64,000 bases of DNA from NCBI GenBank assembly GCA_009859145.1, contig VRVR01000052.1, forward strand, positions 124,001 to 188,000, written 5' to 3'. Position 1 is the stretch's first letter; every line of letters begins with the position of its first letter. The position numbers and the translations under genes are program-made. Under the pieces are notes generated by a model. That model was not told where the DNA came from. It saw only the letters and a list, made by a program, of their open reading frames with translations, and did no database searches. The stretch is from Andalucia godoyi And28. Its lineage: Eukaryota > Protista > Jakobida. Below, piece by piece: positions 19,541 through 31,053 of this stretch.

Positions 19541-20635
19541 TTAAAGTTGAATTCTCGAGCGGTCCTCCTTTGCCTTTGCGAGGCGTCTCAGTTCCGCAGC
19601 CGAGTCTTCATGCGCCACGGATCCTAAGAACTGAGAATCATGCGCCGAAATGGCTCGAGCGACATTGACCGCCCTTTCTCCCACGACTGGTCTGCATTCT
19701 GCAAGGCCAGTCAGAAGATCTGCCACAGATTGCAACTGCGCTCGGAGCTCACTGTAGCAAAACTTGGCTGAACCAGCAAGAAGGTCCACTTCCGATAAGT
19801 TCATCGTCGCAACAGCCGATTCATCGACTGCCAAATCCAGCAATGTAGGCATTCGACGTTCCAAGGCGGACGACGAGTACTCGTGGCGAACTCGTGTCCA
19901 TCCATCGATTTCTCGATCCAGTGCAGAAAGCTCTTCTTGCAAGCGTTTTGCTTCCGCTGTCTCTTCTCCAGATAGCTTTTCCGATTGCTTGATGACGCGA
20001 GGCAGCTCGAACGGCAGCTCTCGAGTCAGAGAATCAATGACCTTTCCTTTAACATTCTCAAATTCGCCCCGCAACAACGCATCGTCCACATGCTCAAACG
20101 CAGCATCGAGTGCCCGATCGTACAGTTGCAGTAGTCGGTCCTTTGTGGAATCGGACATCGAAATCAACTCGTGCAAATTCTCGTAAGGATCTCTTCGGTG
20201 GCTCGAACTGTCGCTCAAGGCAGATGCTGCCAAAGACGCGGAAGCGGATCCAGAAGATGACTGAGCTGAAATTGGCTTCTTTGACGGAGATGGAATAGGA
20301 TACGACGAGGATTTCTTGGATTGCGGAACATCCGAAGCGACAATATCCTTCTTTGCAGCTGTTTTGAAAGTAAAGCCGCCATCGACGACTGGTTGCTGCT
20401 TCGGCGTCGCCTTTCGAAACGCAAAGTCCGAGGACGCGGCGGTATGTGACGAAGGAGCAACGGGTGCAGCGGCCGGACGAAACTCCGGTAGAGGAGACCT
20501 TGCAATCTTGGAAGGCTTCGAAACTGGAATTTCATCTGCAGAATCGCTGTCATCCACAGGCCGATTTCTCTTCAGAATCGATGTTCGCCTCCGATCATCT
20601 TTCTTGTTCTTGACTCTGAAATCAAAACCGTCCAT
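19541..20635 (-). CDS. Hypothetical protein, possibly kinetochore Dsn1/Mis13-like
   Basis: 364-aa ATG ORF. Disordered N-half with repeated DGF.F motifs and RRTS, then LHELIS...DRLLQL...AL and a coiled coil. The ORF is well supported, the identity is tentative. Confidence 0.45.
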   Translation of the reverse strand: MDGFDFRVKNKKDDRRRTSILKRNRPVDDSDSADEIPVSKPSKIARSPLPEFRPAAAPVAPSSHTAASSDFAFRKATPKQQPVVDGGFTFKTAAKKDIVASDVPQSKKSSSYPIPSPSKKPISAQSSSGSASASLAASALSDSSSHRRDPYENLHELISMSDSTKDRLLQLYDRALDAAFEHVDDALLRGEFENVKGKVIDSLTRELPFELPRVIKQSEKLSGEETAEAKRLQEELSALDREIDGWTRVRHEYSSSALERRMPTLLDLAVDESAVATMNLSEVDLLAGSAKFCYSELRAQLQSVADLLTGLAECRPVVGERAVNVARAISAHDSQFLGSVAHEDSAAELRRLAKAKEDRSRIQL

Positions 20636-21147
20636 TTGGAAGTTCGACTGTTATGACACACAATTCACTGGTTCTTTTTTCTTTTTCCTTTTTTTTCCTT
20701 TTTTTGGTTGCTGGGTGACGGTGTATTCGAGTCTATCGAGGCAGAAACAGAATTCTGTGCTTTTCAGAACTTTCAAGAAAAATAATAATATGAAAATTGA
20801 TAATAATCAGCAGCAAAAGAGGCACAGCATTTTGGGGCTTTTTGGCCTGCCGAACGTAACGGACGACGCCAACAAGTATTTTCTGCTGCATTTGCTATCC
20901 TGCAACAGCTGCAGCATTGTACTTTTTGACTACAGCCCAGGCAACGAATGTCTTCCCCGTTGCTGAATGTCTTCGTTTCTTTTTTTGTTGTTTTATTTTA
21001 AATTTTAAACTTACAAATCTCGCACTTTTGGCTTATTCCGTCAATCAAAAGACAGGATAAGATAAAACATGGAGGGTCATCATTTTTTTTTTCTTCTTAC
21101 TTTTTCTTCTTATTCCTTTTCTTGTTCCTTCATTCGGCTTTTTTTGC

Positions 21148-22182
21148 TCATTCAGCGGGCTGTTCTTCCTGGTCATCTGCTGCCGTAGTCTCATCAGTCT
21201 CGACTTCTTCTGGCGGATCCGTCTCGTAGCCGTCCTCCAGAACATCCGCGGGTGCATCTTCTGTGGCTGGAAGCTCGATGTTGTCAGCGCCTGCAGCTCT
21301 CTTTTCTCTATTTTCAAGCACTTTTTCGCGTCTCAGAGCTACAAGGAACACGATTGCATCAAACAGCACCACTGCAAACAGGCCGAGGTCTGCCACGGCG
21401 GTTCTATCGACATCTCTCAAGACGCGACCGGCATTTCGGAATGCAAATGGCCGTGCAAGCTTGCCTGCAGCCGAAGATGCGACGGTGTTGAGAGCGGCCG
21501 GTAAATTTTCGATGCTTGTTCGAACCGAAACAGCCTTCGCGGCCGCATGATAGGTGCTGATTTCCTTCTTGGAAGCTCCCAGAAGATATGCCAGGCCTTG
21601 GAGAATCGGCAGTCCAGATTTGCGAAGGTCCTTTCTGCGGATCGCAACAAGCCTGCTCCAAGCACTGGGTTTGACAAAGTGTGCATATGCAACCTCCTTG
21701 ATCTGAACGGGATAGCTTTCACGCTCCTTTGCTCGCAGCGCTTCTTCCGACACGGCAGGCGGGCCTGCATCGGCACCACCATCGGCTCCGGCTGCCGGTG
21801 CTGCATTCTCCTGTTCTTGAGGCTCTGGGAAGGGCGGGTCCGTTCCAAACTCCTTCCGCGACTCATAGGCAGCAATCAACGATGCAGACTCCTGCCGTTC
21901 TGCTTGAATCAAATTCATTTGTGTCCGCCACGGCGTCTGGATCGACGACGCAGCCTTGTTCTGCTCTTCTTGCAGCTTGCGGGTGAACTCCGGCATCTCG
22001 TAATTCGTCACCATCGCATTGATATACGCTCGGGCATTCTCGGAATCTTGGATATCGGCAAAATGAAGAAGAAAACGACCAACAAAATCAACGGGGTCTG
22101 ATGGCCTGTCCACTGCAGCCGCAGACAATGCCGCGGTTAATGCCGGGGTTATCGAACTGTTCAAGTACGCAAGATGGGACAT
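21148..22182 (-). CDS. Dpy-30/RIIa-like dimerisation-domain protein, possibly flagellar
   Basis: N-terminal YLNSSITPALTAAL...RPSDPVDFVGRFLL matches the Dpy-30 motif; acidic C-terminal tail. Confidence 0.65.
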   Translation of the reverse strand: MSHLAYLNSSITPALTAALSAAAVDRPSDPVDFVGRFLLHFADIQDSENARAYINAMVTNYEMPEFTRKLQEEQNKAASSIQTPWRTQMNLIQAERQESASLIAAYESRKEFGTDPPFPEPQEQENAAPAAGADGGADAGPPAVSEEALRAKERESYPVQIKEVAYAHFVKPSAWSRLVAIRRKDLRKSGLPILQGLAYLLGASKKEISTYHAAAKAVSVRTSIENLPAALNTVASSAAGKLARPFAFRNAGRVLRDVDRTAVADLGLFAVVLFDAIVFLVALRREKVLENREKRAAGADNIELPATEDAPADVLEDGYETDPPEEVETDETTAADDQEEQPAE

Positions 22183-22621
22183 TCTCGCCTGTCTAACTCA
22201 CCAGAAAAATGGACGGAAAACGAGAAAATGCAATTTGAAAAAAATAAAAAATAACCTCCCCTCCCAGCAGATAAAAAAAAAAAAAGAAGGGTGGAGAGAG
22301 AGAATTTAGGAAAAGAGGAAAAAGACAAGAGCAGCGTGTGTTCTTCGTATTTCCCAAATTCCAGCAAACCCAACGACCGGAAAAAAGAGGTTTATTAAAA
22401 AAAAGAAAAAGAAAGGAGGCCCAAAACGGGACGGGAAGGGTTTTCTTCCGACGGCTAGGCTCAAGGCCGTTCTTGCTGTAGCATCAATTCCTTGCTTCTC
22501 TCCGTTCTCTGGATTCCCGCAATTGTATGTTTTCATTCTTTACTATTCTTATCAGGGCTTACGTTTTCTGTTGGGAGGGAGACAGGAGGACAGAGAGTAG
22601 AGCAAAGACCCAAGAAAAGGA

Positions 22622-23278
22622 ATGTCGAGGAATCTCGGTGTTCCTCAGAATCACGACGACTGTGACGACGACGATGGCGACGACGCGATCCCGGTGGCTC
22701 CGCGACTGGCACAGCGATCTGGTCAACTGTTGTCGCTTGCTCCGTTCCAGCTTACGGTCCAGTCGATACCTGTCGCAGATCACCACGGATTGATGATGTC
22801 GGATGGCAACGGACCGAACGAAAACGGGCAGCTTCTGATCTGGTTTTGCAAAGGGTGTGACAAGCCATGTCTGCCGATCAAGGAGGAAGCGCGATGCATG
22901 TGTGGCCACCGTCGAAAAGTGCACGGGCCGAACGGAGGCGTCATGAAATGCCAGGATGCAAAGTGCAAGTGCAGGTCCTTTTTCTACATTTTTGGACAAG
23001 GTGCATTTATCCTGCGGTGTCGCTGCAAACACAAGGCGATAGAGCATGATGCGTCGCACCCGGACCACCCGTGTGTAAAGGCCGGTTGCAAGTGCACCCA
23101 GTTTGAATCGCCATGGGTATGCAACTGCAACCACGCGTGGGCAAGCCATGAGCAGAGATTTGTGTCCAGATCAGCGTCCCTTGCAATGAAACACGTGCTC
23201 GCGGAGCTGGAGCACGACGCTCACATTTCTTCGAATTTCGAAGACGTGCAGCGCGGAGGAGACGACGACGACGCGTAA
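22622..23278 (+). CDS. FAM221: FAM221-family Cys/His-rich protein
   Basis: Repeated CxCxH...H...C...CxCxxF pattern and WVCNCNHAWASH, characteristic of FAM221A/B. Confidence 0.75.
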   Translation: MSRNLGVPQNHDDCDDDDGDDAIPVAPRLAQRSGQLLSLAPFQLTVQSIPVADHHGLMMSDGNGPNENGQLLIWFCKGCDKPCLPIKEEARCMCGHRRKVHGPNGGVMKCQDAKCKCRSFFYIFGQGAFILRCRCKHKAIEHDASHPDHPCVKAGCKCTQFESPWVCNCNHAWASHEQRFVSRSASLAMKHVLAELEHDAHISSNFEDVQRGGDDDDA

Positions 23279-23796
23279 GGGGGTGTTTTTTTTTTAATTT
23301 TTAATTTTAATATTATTAATTTTAATCATATATTTAATTTGGTGATGTGGCGTTTTCCTGCCGATGTCATGGCTTGTGCGACAGCAGCGCATACTGCATT
23401 CCACCGGCCAGAGGGCCCTGCTCTTGTCGTTGTTTCGACAGACATTCAGCGATCACGGAAGCGTCGAGAAGCGAGAAAGTGGGTCCTCTACCAGGCGCTG
23501 CCATGCGCGCTGCCCCCCCTGCCCAACTTTCAGTTCATGCTCCTGCTGTAGACGGCGGCCAATTGTTTTTGCAGCTGTGGAATGTGTGTGTCCAGTGCAA
23601 GTGATGATGTCACTGTGCTTGAGGCTTGCTGTGTAGAGACTAGGTTCATGACACGTGTCTTCCCCGTCGACATGAATCCACGTGTCCTTTTCTGCATGAA
23701 CAAGTCCTTGAGCGACGCCCACAGAAACAATTAGCCAAAAAGGCACACGAAAAAACAAAAACAAAACAATCAAATAGCGCATCACTTTTCACCCAT

Positions 23797-23835
23797 TTCT
23801 TCTTCTTCTTCTTCTTCTTCTTCTTCTTCTTCTTC
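23797..23835. repeat. (TTC)n microsatellite upstream of BiP
   Basis: Directly visible trinucleotide run. Confidence 0.9.
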
Positions 23836-23942
23836 CTCTTTTCCTCTTCTCTCTCTGTTTCGTCTTGTTATTATTTTCCCCAATCCACAGCTCTCTCATA
23901 ATTAAAGAAGAAGGAAAAAGAAAAAGAAAAAAGCCACTTGCC

Positions 23943-25937
23943 ATGTCTTTCTCTCAAGGTAAGGTGAGCACGATGGGGCTTGCCATCGGCTTGCTCGCCG
24001 TTCTCGTTGTCGTCTCTGTTTTTGCAGAGGACGATCGCCCCCAGGGCCCTGTTATCGGAATTGATCTGGGAACGACGTACTCGTGTGTTGGATATTTCCG
24101 CAATGGACAAGTCGAAATCATCCCGAACGACCAGGGCAACCGAATCACACCCTCTGTCGTAGCCTTTACGGACACCGAGCGGTTGATTGGAGATGCCGCC
24201 AAGAACCAGGCGACTATCAATCCCACAAACACTGTTTATGACGTGAAGCGTCTTGTCGGACGCCGCTTTACAGACAAGGAAGTGCAACGTGACGCCAAGC
24301 TTCTGCCTTATGATATCGTCGACAGGGACGGCAAGCCGTACATCCGGGTTGTTTTCAAAGGCGAGGAGAAGGTGTTCTCTCCCGAAGAAGTGTCAGCCAT
24401 GATTTTGGTGAAGATGAAGCAGATCGCGGAGGCGTACATTGGAAAGGAAGTGAACCATGCAGTCGTGACTGTTCCCGCGTACTTCAACGACGCTCAGCGT
24501 CAAGCAACCAAGGATGCCGGCGTCATTGCGGGTCTCCAGGTCCTTCGTATCCTCAACGAGCCGACTGCAGCTGCAATTGCATACGGTCTTGATAAGAAGG
24601 GCGAGCAGAACATTCTTGTTTTCGATCTTGGCGGCGGAACTTTTGACGTTTCACTGTTGACCATCGAGGACGGCGTTTTTGAAGTTGTTGCAACGAACGG
24701 AGACACCCATTTGGGAGGTGAGGATTTTGATCAGCGTACCATGGAGTACTTCATCAAGATTTTCCGCAAGAAGTACAACAAGGATATGTCCAAGGACAAG
24801 CGATCGCTCCAGAAGCTTCGTCGCGAGGTTGAGCGTGCCAAGCGTGCCCTCTCTACTCAACACGAAGTTCGTGTCGAGATCGAGTCGCTGTTTGACGGCA
24901 TTGATTTCTCCGAGAAGCTTACTCGTGCCAAGTTTGAGGAGCTCAATAACGATCTGTTCCGCAAGACGCTTGTCCCTGTAGAGGCTGTTCTGAAGGACGG
25001 AAAGCTGTCCAAGAAGCAGATTGACGAAGTCGTTCTCGTTGGAGGATCCACACGTATCCCCAAGGTCCAGAAGCTCATCAAGGAGTTCTTCGACGGAAAG
25101 GAGCCGAACCGCGGAATCAACCCGGATGAGGCTGTTGCTTTCGGTGCCGCCGTGCAGGCCGGTATTTTGTCTGGTGACCAGGATCTTCAGGAGAAAGACA
25201 TTGTGTTGCTGGATGTCACCCCGCTCTCTCTCGGAATTGAGACCGTCGGAGGAGTCATGACCAAGCTTATTGAACGCAACTCGGCCATTCCCACCAAGAA
25301 GTCGCAGTCCTTCACCACATACCAAGATAACCAGCCATCCGTGTCCATCCAAGTGTACGAAGGAGAGCGCCAGCTGACCAAGGACAACCATCTTCTCGGA
25401 AAGTTCGACCTTACTGGAATCCCCCCTGCACCTCGCGGAGTTCCTCAGATTGAGGTTTCATTCGAGCTCGATGCCAACGGCATTCTGCAGGTGAGCGCTG
25501 TTGATAAGGGTACTGGAAAGTCGGAGAAGATCGTCATTACCAACGACAAGGGCCGCCTTTCGAAAGAGGAGATCGAACGTATGGTCAATGAGGCCGAGGA
25601 GTTCGCCGAGGAGGATAAGAAGCTCCGGGACCGCATTGATGCACGCAATGGATTCGAATCGTACGCCTACAACCTCCGCAACCAGATCCAGGACGAAGAC
25701 AAGCTCGCCAACAAGATCTCTGAGGAGGACAAGGCGCTGTTAGAGAAGGAGGTCAAGGCTGCGTTGGAGTGGGTGGAGAAGAACCCGAGCGCAGAGACGG
25801 AGGAATTCAAGGAACGTCAGGAGGAGCTTGAAAAGGTTGCCCGCCCCATCATTTCCAAGATTTATGGTGGCATGCCGCCAAATGGTGATTTCGCTGGAGC
25901 TTCGGATGAAGACATCCCTGACCACGATGAACTATAA
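23943..25937 (+). CDS. HSPA5: ER Hsp70 chaperone BiP/GRP78
   Basis: Signal peptide, [29 protein letters not shown]-terminal HDEL. Confidence 0.98.
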   Translation: MSFSQGKVSTMGLAIGLLAVLVVVSVFAEDDRPQGPVIGIDLGTTYSCVGYFRNGQVEIIPNDQGNRITPSVVAFTDTERLIGDAAKNQATINPTNTVYDVKRLVGRRFTDKEVQRDAKLLPYDIVDRDGKPYIRVVFKGEEKVFSPEEVSAMILVKMKQIAEAYIGKEVNHAVVTVPAYFNDAQRQATKDAGVIAGLQVLRILNEPTAAAIAYGLDKKGEQNILVFDLGGGTFDVSLLTIEDGVFEVVATNGDTHLGGEDFDQRTMEYFIKIFRKKYNKDMSKDKRSLQKLRREVERAKRALSTQHEVRVEIESLFDGIDFSEKLTRAKFEELNNDLFRKTLVPVEAVLKDGKLSKKQIDEVVLVGGSTRIPKVQKLIKEFFDGKEPNRGINPDEAVAFGAAVQAGILSGDQDLQEKDIVLLDVTPLSLGIETVGGVMTKLIERNSAIPTKKSQSFTTYQDNQPSVSIQVYEGERQLTKDNHLLGKFDLTGIPPAPRGVPQIEVSFELDANGILQVSAVDKGTGKSEKIVITNDKGRLSKEEIERMVNEAEEFAEEDKKLRDRIDARNGFESYAYNLRNQIQDEDKLANKISEEDKALLEKEVKAALEWVEKNPSAETEEFKERQEELEKVARPIISKIYGGMPPNGDFAGASDEDIPDHDEL

Positions 25938-27032
25938 TCGATTTGTTTGTTTTGAATGTAGAGATTTTCTGTCGTCCTCCAAGCTCAAGCTTATCCCGTC
26001 GGACATAAGTAAACAACTTAGAGAAGAGAAGATCACACGGCTTTCGCCGCATGTCGTCTGCTTCCCCCCCCTCCCCGCTTCCCCCCATCGGAGTCGTCCC
26101 GTCCGTGACAGTCAGTGAGAAAGCCTTCCTCGACTCTCGGCTGTTGGTCTGTGATGCGTTTTCCAGTCTTTGGAACACTGCCTTCATCAAATGTAGTGTC
26201 CAAATTGCACGCAGCATGCAGCAGCAGCACACGGCTTATTTAAATTAAAATAATAAAAGAAAGAAGAACACCGCAGACGAAATGCTGTCAAGGCAGACAC
26301 GGTTCTTCCGCTGACGTCTCGAGAAATTCTTGGGAGTTAACCCTGTGGTTTTTACTCTCCCAGGTCTGCGAATTTCTGTAGCTTCTTATGCATGTGCGTT
26401 CAAATTCATGTTCACACCGCAGACTCGTCATTCATCATTTCCTTTTGTTTTAGAAGAAATGTCGGCGAAAAAAAACCAAGGCTTCTTAATTCCATCCAGT
26501 TCAGCAGATGTCGTTTTGGAGCTTCTGGCGAATTCCTCCTGTTCAAAAACCTCTCTCCTCGTCCTCGCTCCGCCTGATCTCTCCTTGCGCATTTTTCTTA
26601 TGAGCTCTTTCCCGAGAACACTTTGCTCTTGCCTCTTGCATGAACTGGAGAGGTGGAGGAGACACGGAGTTCATGAAATTCCTGGAGCGCAAACTACGAT
26701 CGGGAAAAAAGAAAAGAGAGTCAGAAAAAATAATAAAAATACCCGATTCCCGCCAAAACACGCCCGTTCGTTCGATTAAAAATAATCGTTTCAAGCACCG
26801 CCGTGCAGCGATTTCATCGTGTTTCTTTTTTCTTTTATTTAATTTTTGGTTTTGCGGACAAGAGAGTCGAGCGGGTTTGGTTTCGTCTTCCGAAATCAAC
26901 GAGGACAACGAGAGGAGATTGTCAACGGTTTGCAGCTGTCGTATGAATCCAGAAAGGAGACGTCCGCGTGTGTGATTTCGGAAGATTCATCTGGGCTGAG
27001 GAATCGTTTTCCTTTCTTTCGCTTACCGTCCC

Positions 27033-30000
27033 ATGTTCATTGAAGCGCAATCGCTCGACGAATTTCTAGTTTCATTCTGTGCGTCGCACATCGAAGCTGT
27101 GGAGAGATACGCGCGGCTCGTTGCCTGCCATCGTACGGCGCTGTCTCGATATTTCATTATTGTTCCCAGATCCGTGACGCTCCCAGAGCCGAAAGTGACT
27201 TCCGACGCAAACATTCTCGAAGTGATTGATCATGTCATTACGGATCTGTTGACCGAGAATTCGACGAGCAACGTCTTGTCGTTTGGGTACAATCGCAAGA
27301 CGTCTGCTGGAATTTCAAATGTGTTGCCAAACGTCGAATTGTCATTCCCCAACTCAGCCACTGAGTGTGTGCGAACGCCAGTGATGGACGCCACATGCCA
27401 GATGATTGGACCAGATGTGATGTTCTTTCTGCTGCGGAACTGCATGTTGTTCTATCTTCGAGCTGCAGCAGTCTTGCAGCAGATTGCAGGACCTATGATT
27501 TCTTCATCGCTGTCCTCAAGGCAGTATTTCAAGATTACCCGCGTGTTGCCTGTTGGGTCCGCCTCCATGCCGCTTGAGCGACGGAGGAGGCCTTCGCGAT
27601 GCCGGAGACATGCAAAGGTTGCCGAAAGAGCATCGGCGGAAGCTGTCGGTTTTGGTGAGAATGAATGCGATTCCCTTCATGATGATGATGATGATGTTCA
27701 CTGTTCGTCTCCCATTGTCTGGGTTTCCCTTGTTGACCAAGGATGGTCTGCGGAGGATTCCAATCAAGCCTCTGTCGCTCCACCACCACCACCTCCTCCT
27801 CCTCCACCACCACCAGTCAGCAGAAAGACGACCAGACCTCCGGATAGCGACGACAGTTCCGTAATCGAGCCTTCTTCGAAGAGACTCCGAATCGGGAACG
27901 AGCGGCCAACGGAAGCAATTGAACGTAGCCAGCATGTCCTGCCTCTGGCCTCGGTGTCGAGAGCGGCGGCACCAGTCCGTTCGACAAACAAGAAAGCACC
28001 GAAGAAGAGGCGACCGCTGCGCGTTTCGGATTCCAACACTGCAATTCGAAGTCTGATGTTTTACTCAAATGAAGCGCCGACAGCCAAGGGGCTTCCAAAG
28101 ACACACGTCTTCCGAAGTATTTCGTCCCCGACAGCCTCGGAAGAACTGTCCCGCATCATCACGTTTTCATTGTTTCCGGAAAGCAAGGGCCAGAATGACC
28201 GAGTCAAGGAGTCATTTGAACCAATTCGCAAGTCACTCTGTCTGATTCATCGAAACTTTAGAAAATGCAACTTTGCCGAGCTACTCGAAACCCACTGCTC
28301 CATTCGCTCCAGGATTTCCGATTCCCAAACGAGAGGAGCTTTGAACGGAACTGCACCGTCTGGCAGTCCAAAACATGCGACGGATACGTCTTCACCATTG
28401 CATACGCAACAAATCCGTCCAGATTCTCTCAGCACTGTTGCTGGAGACTTGATGACTCAGCCCTCTGCGTTCCTTGCATTGACCGCCCCGACTGATGCGG
28501 ATATCTTCGGACAAGACGATGACATTGGTCTCTTGAATGTTTCTGTGGAACTGAAAGCCGATTACGAGACGCACATCCGAAAACATTCTTCTCCCACTTC
28601 TGTTGTTCGATTTTTGGTTGCGTGCACTCGGCATTTGATACCGATTCCTTTTTGGGGGAATTTGGAGAACCAGAAGGTCTTTGAGGATCGCATTTGGGAT
28701 TTTGTGACCACAGAGCGCTGGATTGCGATCACGGTGGGTCATCTGACGCAAGGACTTGCGGTTTCAAAGCTCGGATTTGTGCGACGGACGCATGGGATTG
28801 GCGTGGTCCCTGGGGAGCAACATCGTTTGTTAAAGGAGCGCACGAATGTTGTGATTGATTGGATTTTTCGCGTATTGGTGATTCCTCTAATTCGGGCGAA
28901 CTTCTATGTTACTGAGACCCAGCTTCATGGTCGAAACAAGGTGTTCTTTTTTCGAAAGGATGTATGGGCCGCCGTTTTGCGTATCGGACTGCGCATGATC
29001 AGCCGACAGCATGATCGGTATGCGCTGGTTTCATCCATTGCGTGGAAGGGATCAAATGGGCCCAAGTCCTATTCGCATGTGCGGTTTGTTCCCAAGAAGA
29101 GCTCTCTTCGTCCGATTGTTAATCTTGGGAAGAACAAGAGCCGAGACTACTCGGTTAACAAGAAACTGCGAGACTCTTACCTTGTGTTGAAAAATGAAGC
29201 GTTCAAAAATGAGCCAATAGACGAGACTCTGCATTCGAGACTTGGGGCCTCTGTCTTTTCGGTTCTGGACGTTTTCCGGAAATGGATGCCGTTTGTGAAT
29301 GCCCGTAACGCCTCCTTGTCGCCTTCGCCCTTGTACTTCGTGTCGGTCGACATCACTGCGGCTTTCGACTCCATTCCGCATGCAGAATTGCTGAATTTAA
29401 TTAAGGATCCGATGTTGCTGGAGCATCATGAGTATTTTCTGCAACGGGTCTCGCTGACGCGACCGCAGTGGGGTCGTCTTTCAACAAGTTATCCTCGGTT
29501 CGTGGCTGCAGATTATGACTTCCCATTCGTTCCTGACGTCGACGACGAAGCTGGCTTGGAAAAGGGTTTCTCGCACTCAGAGGTCTCTGCAGTCATGGTG
29601 GACTACGCTGCTGGTTCGAACGTTGGTCGTGCAGCGTTAATTCAGCAAATTCAGGATCACATCACGCAGCACTTTGTCAAGATTGACGGAGATGTCTTTC
29701 ACCAGCATGTGGGGATTCCACAAGGCTCGATCTTATCTCCCATGCTGTGCTCGTTGTTTTATGGCAAGTTTGAAAGACAAGTTCTGCTCCCATCGTGCGA
29801 CTTGTCTGCCTCGGATGCAGCCAATCCAATGATCTTGATGCGCATGATGGATGATTTTCTTTTTGTCACATCGGACTTCAGTCGTGTTTCCAAGTTTCTT
29901 GAGGTCATGGAACGTGGGTCAGCTTCCTTTGGAGTCACCATCAACACAGAGAAAACGCGAGCTAATTTCGATCCCTCTTCACTTTGTTCAACACCAATTC

Positions 30001-30788
30001 TTCCGACATCGAACTTGGTTGCGGATGCCGTACCGACGTCGTTGTGGTTTCCTTGGTGTGGGCTGTTGATTCACACCTCCACGTTGGAGGTTCGGTCTGA
30101 TTTTTCCCGGTATGAAGGCGATTCGTTTCTTGATACAAAGTCCTTTATCATCGACACAGACACTGCGCCAACATTGAGCTTGGTTCGAAAGCTCAAGCAG
30201 CTGCTCTCCCAGCGTCTGCATCCGCTGCTCTTCGACGCGCGTGTGAACAGCACGTGCATCCAGATTCTGAATTTGCATCAAGCCTGCCATTTGTGTGCTA
30301 TTCGATGGTTTTCGTGCATCCGGAGAACAGTGTTTCGTACAAATTCGGAGCGTGCCGCGATTATTCGGAATCGTGGAATGTGCGTAAGCCAGCGGGACTG
30401 CCAGGTGGTGATTGAAACCTGCGTCGTCTACGTTCGAGACCAGTTTTGCCATCGTCTGCTTCGGAGAATGCAAGAAACAGATCTCGGGGCTGTAGATCGT
30501 CGATGCTCGTTTCTGCAGCACAGTGCTCTAGCATCGTACGTCGTCGGTCACGCATTTTTGTGTGTGATACGGCGCAAGCAATCGCGGTTTCCTCAGTTGT
30601 TTCGGTGGATTGTGCGGTTCGTGCATCGTTCTTACGAAACCGTCAGGCGCCAGTATGCCACCGATGCACGCTTCGCCAACCAGCTGGATCCGGGCCGTTC
30701 ATTTCGCGAATGGTGGCGAGACGTGCAGGAAATTCTGGATGTCAAGAAGCATCCGCTGCAGGCGTCGTTTTGTAGGATTCGTTACTAG
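27033..30788 (+). CDS. TERT: Telomerase reverse transcriptase, intronless
   Basis: T motif FYVTETQ...FFFRKDVW, motifs 1/2 RFVPKK...LRPIV, A FVSVDITAAFDSI, B' GIPQGSILSPMLC, C RMMDDFL, E WCGLLI; TEN-like N-terminus. Confidence 0.96.
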   Translation: MFIEAQSLDEFLVSFCASHIEAVERYARLVACHRTALSRYFIIVPRSVTLPEPKVTSDANILEVIDHVITDLLTENSTSNVLSFGYNRKTSAGISNVLPNVELSFPNSATECVRTPVMDATCQMIGPDVMFFLLRNCMLFYLRAAAVLQQIAGPMISSSLSSRQYFKITRVLPVGSASMPLERRRRPSRCRRHAKVAERASAEAVGFGENECDSLHDDDDDVHCSSPIVWVSLVDQGWSAEDSNQASVAPPPPPPPPPPPPVSRKTTRPPDSDDSSVIEPSSKRLRIGNERPTEAIERSQHVLPLASVSRAAAPVRSTNKKAPKKRRPLRVSDSNTAIRSLMFYSNEAPTAKGLPKTHVFRSISSPTASEELSRIITFSLFPESKGQNDRVKESFEPIRKSLCLIHRNFRKCNFAELLETHCSIRSRISDSQTRGALNGTAPSGSPKHATDTSSPLHTQQIRPDSLSTVAGDLMTQPSAFLALTAPTDADIFGQDDDIGLLNVSVELKADYETHIRKHSSPTSVVRFLVACTRHLIPIPFWGNLENQKVFEDRIWDFVTTERWIAITVGHLTQGLAVSKLGFVRRTHGIGVVPGEQHRLLKERTNVVIDWIFRVLVIPLIRANFYVTETQLHGRNKVFFFRKDVWAAVLRIGLRMISRQHDRYALVSSIAWKGSNGPKSYSHVRFVPKKSSLRPIVNLGKNKSRDYSVNKKLRDSYLVLKNEAFKNEPIDETLHSRLGASVFSVLDVFRKWMPFVNARNASLSPSPLYFVSVDITAAFDSIPHAELLNLIKDPMLLEHHEYFLQRVSLTRPQWGRLSTSYPRFVAADYDFPFVPDVDDEAGLEKGFSHSEVSAVMVDYAAGSNVGRAALIQQIQDHITQHFVKIDGDVFHQHVGIPQGSILSPMLCSLFYGKFERQVLLPSCDLSASDAANPMILMRMMDDFLFVTSDFSRVSKFLEVMERGSASFGVTINTEKTRANFDPSSLCSTPILPTSNLVADAVPTSLWFPWCGLLIHTSTLEVRSDFSRYEGDSFLDTKSFIIDTDTAPTLSLVRKLKQLLSQRLHPLLFDARVNSTCIQILNLHQACHLCAIRWFSCIRRTVFRTNSERAAIIRNRGMCVSQRDCQVVIETCVVYVRDQFCHRLLRRMQETDLGAVDRRCSFLQHSALASYVVGHAFLCVIRRKQSRFPQLFRWIVRFVHRSYETVRRQYATDARFANQLDPGRSFREWWRDVQEILDVKKHPLQASFCRIRY

Positions 30789-31053
30789 GCAAATGAACCA
30801 CGAGTCACAACGCGTTGCTGCTACCTTCACTTTATCGAAGAATCACTGCACCAGTCCATCGCCGTGTTGCCATGCCATTTTTTTAATTTTATTTTATCAC
30901 TGTCCTGTATGCCATCAAGCGGGCGCATGAATGCAGCATTCCGCTCAACCAAAACAAAAAGCGAAGACCAGAAGGGAGCACACGCGCACACACACCCAAT
31001 TTCATCCGTCACAAACAAACAAGCCAACCCACGTGCTGCAGCAGACAATTCAT

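Noticed and set aside
23340-23785. Minus-strand ORF 23453-23785 with a hydrophobic N-terminus and an apparently open frame beyond its TGA (selenoprotein or readthrough idea)
   Set aside because: No recognisable domain, no redox motif around the TGA and no SECIS seen; it may be UTR or a small gene, unsupported either way.
26336-26346. TAACCCTG upstream of TERT as a telomerase RNA template
   Set aside because: Only about one repeat unit long, too short for a template, and no supporting structure was seen.
26040-27030. Short ORFs between BiP and TERT
   Set aside because: They overlap on both strands, are low complexity and have no motifs; treated as intergenic.
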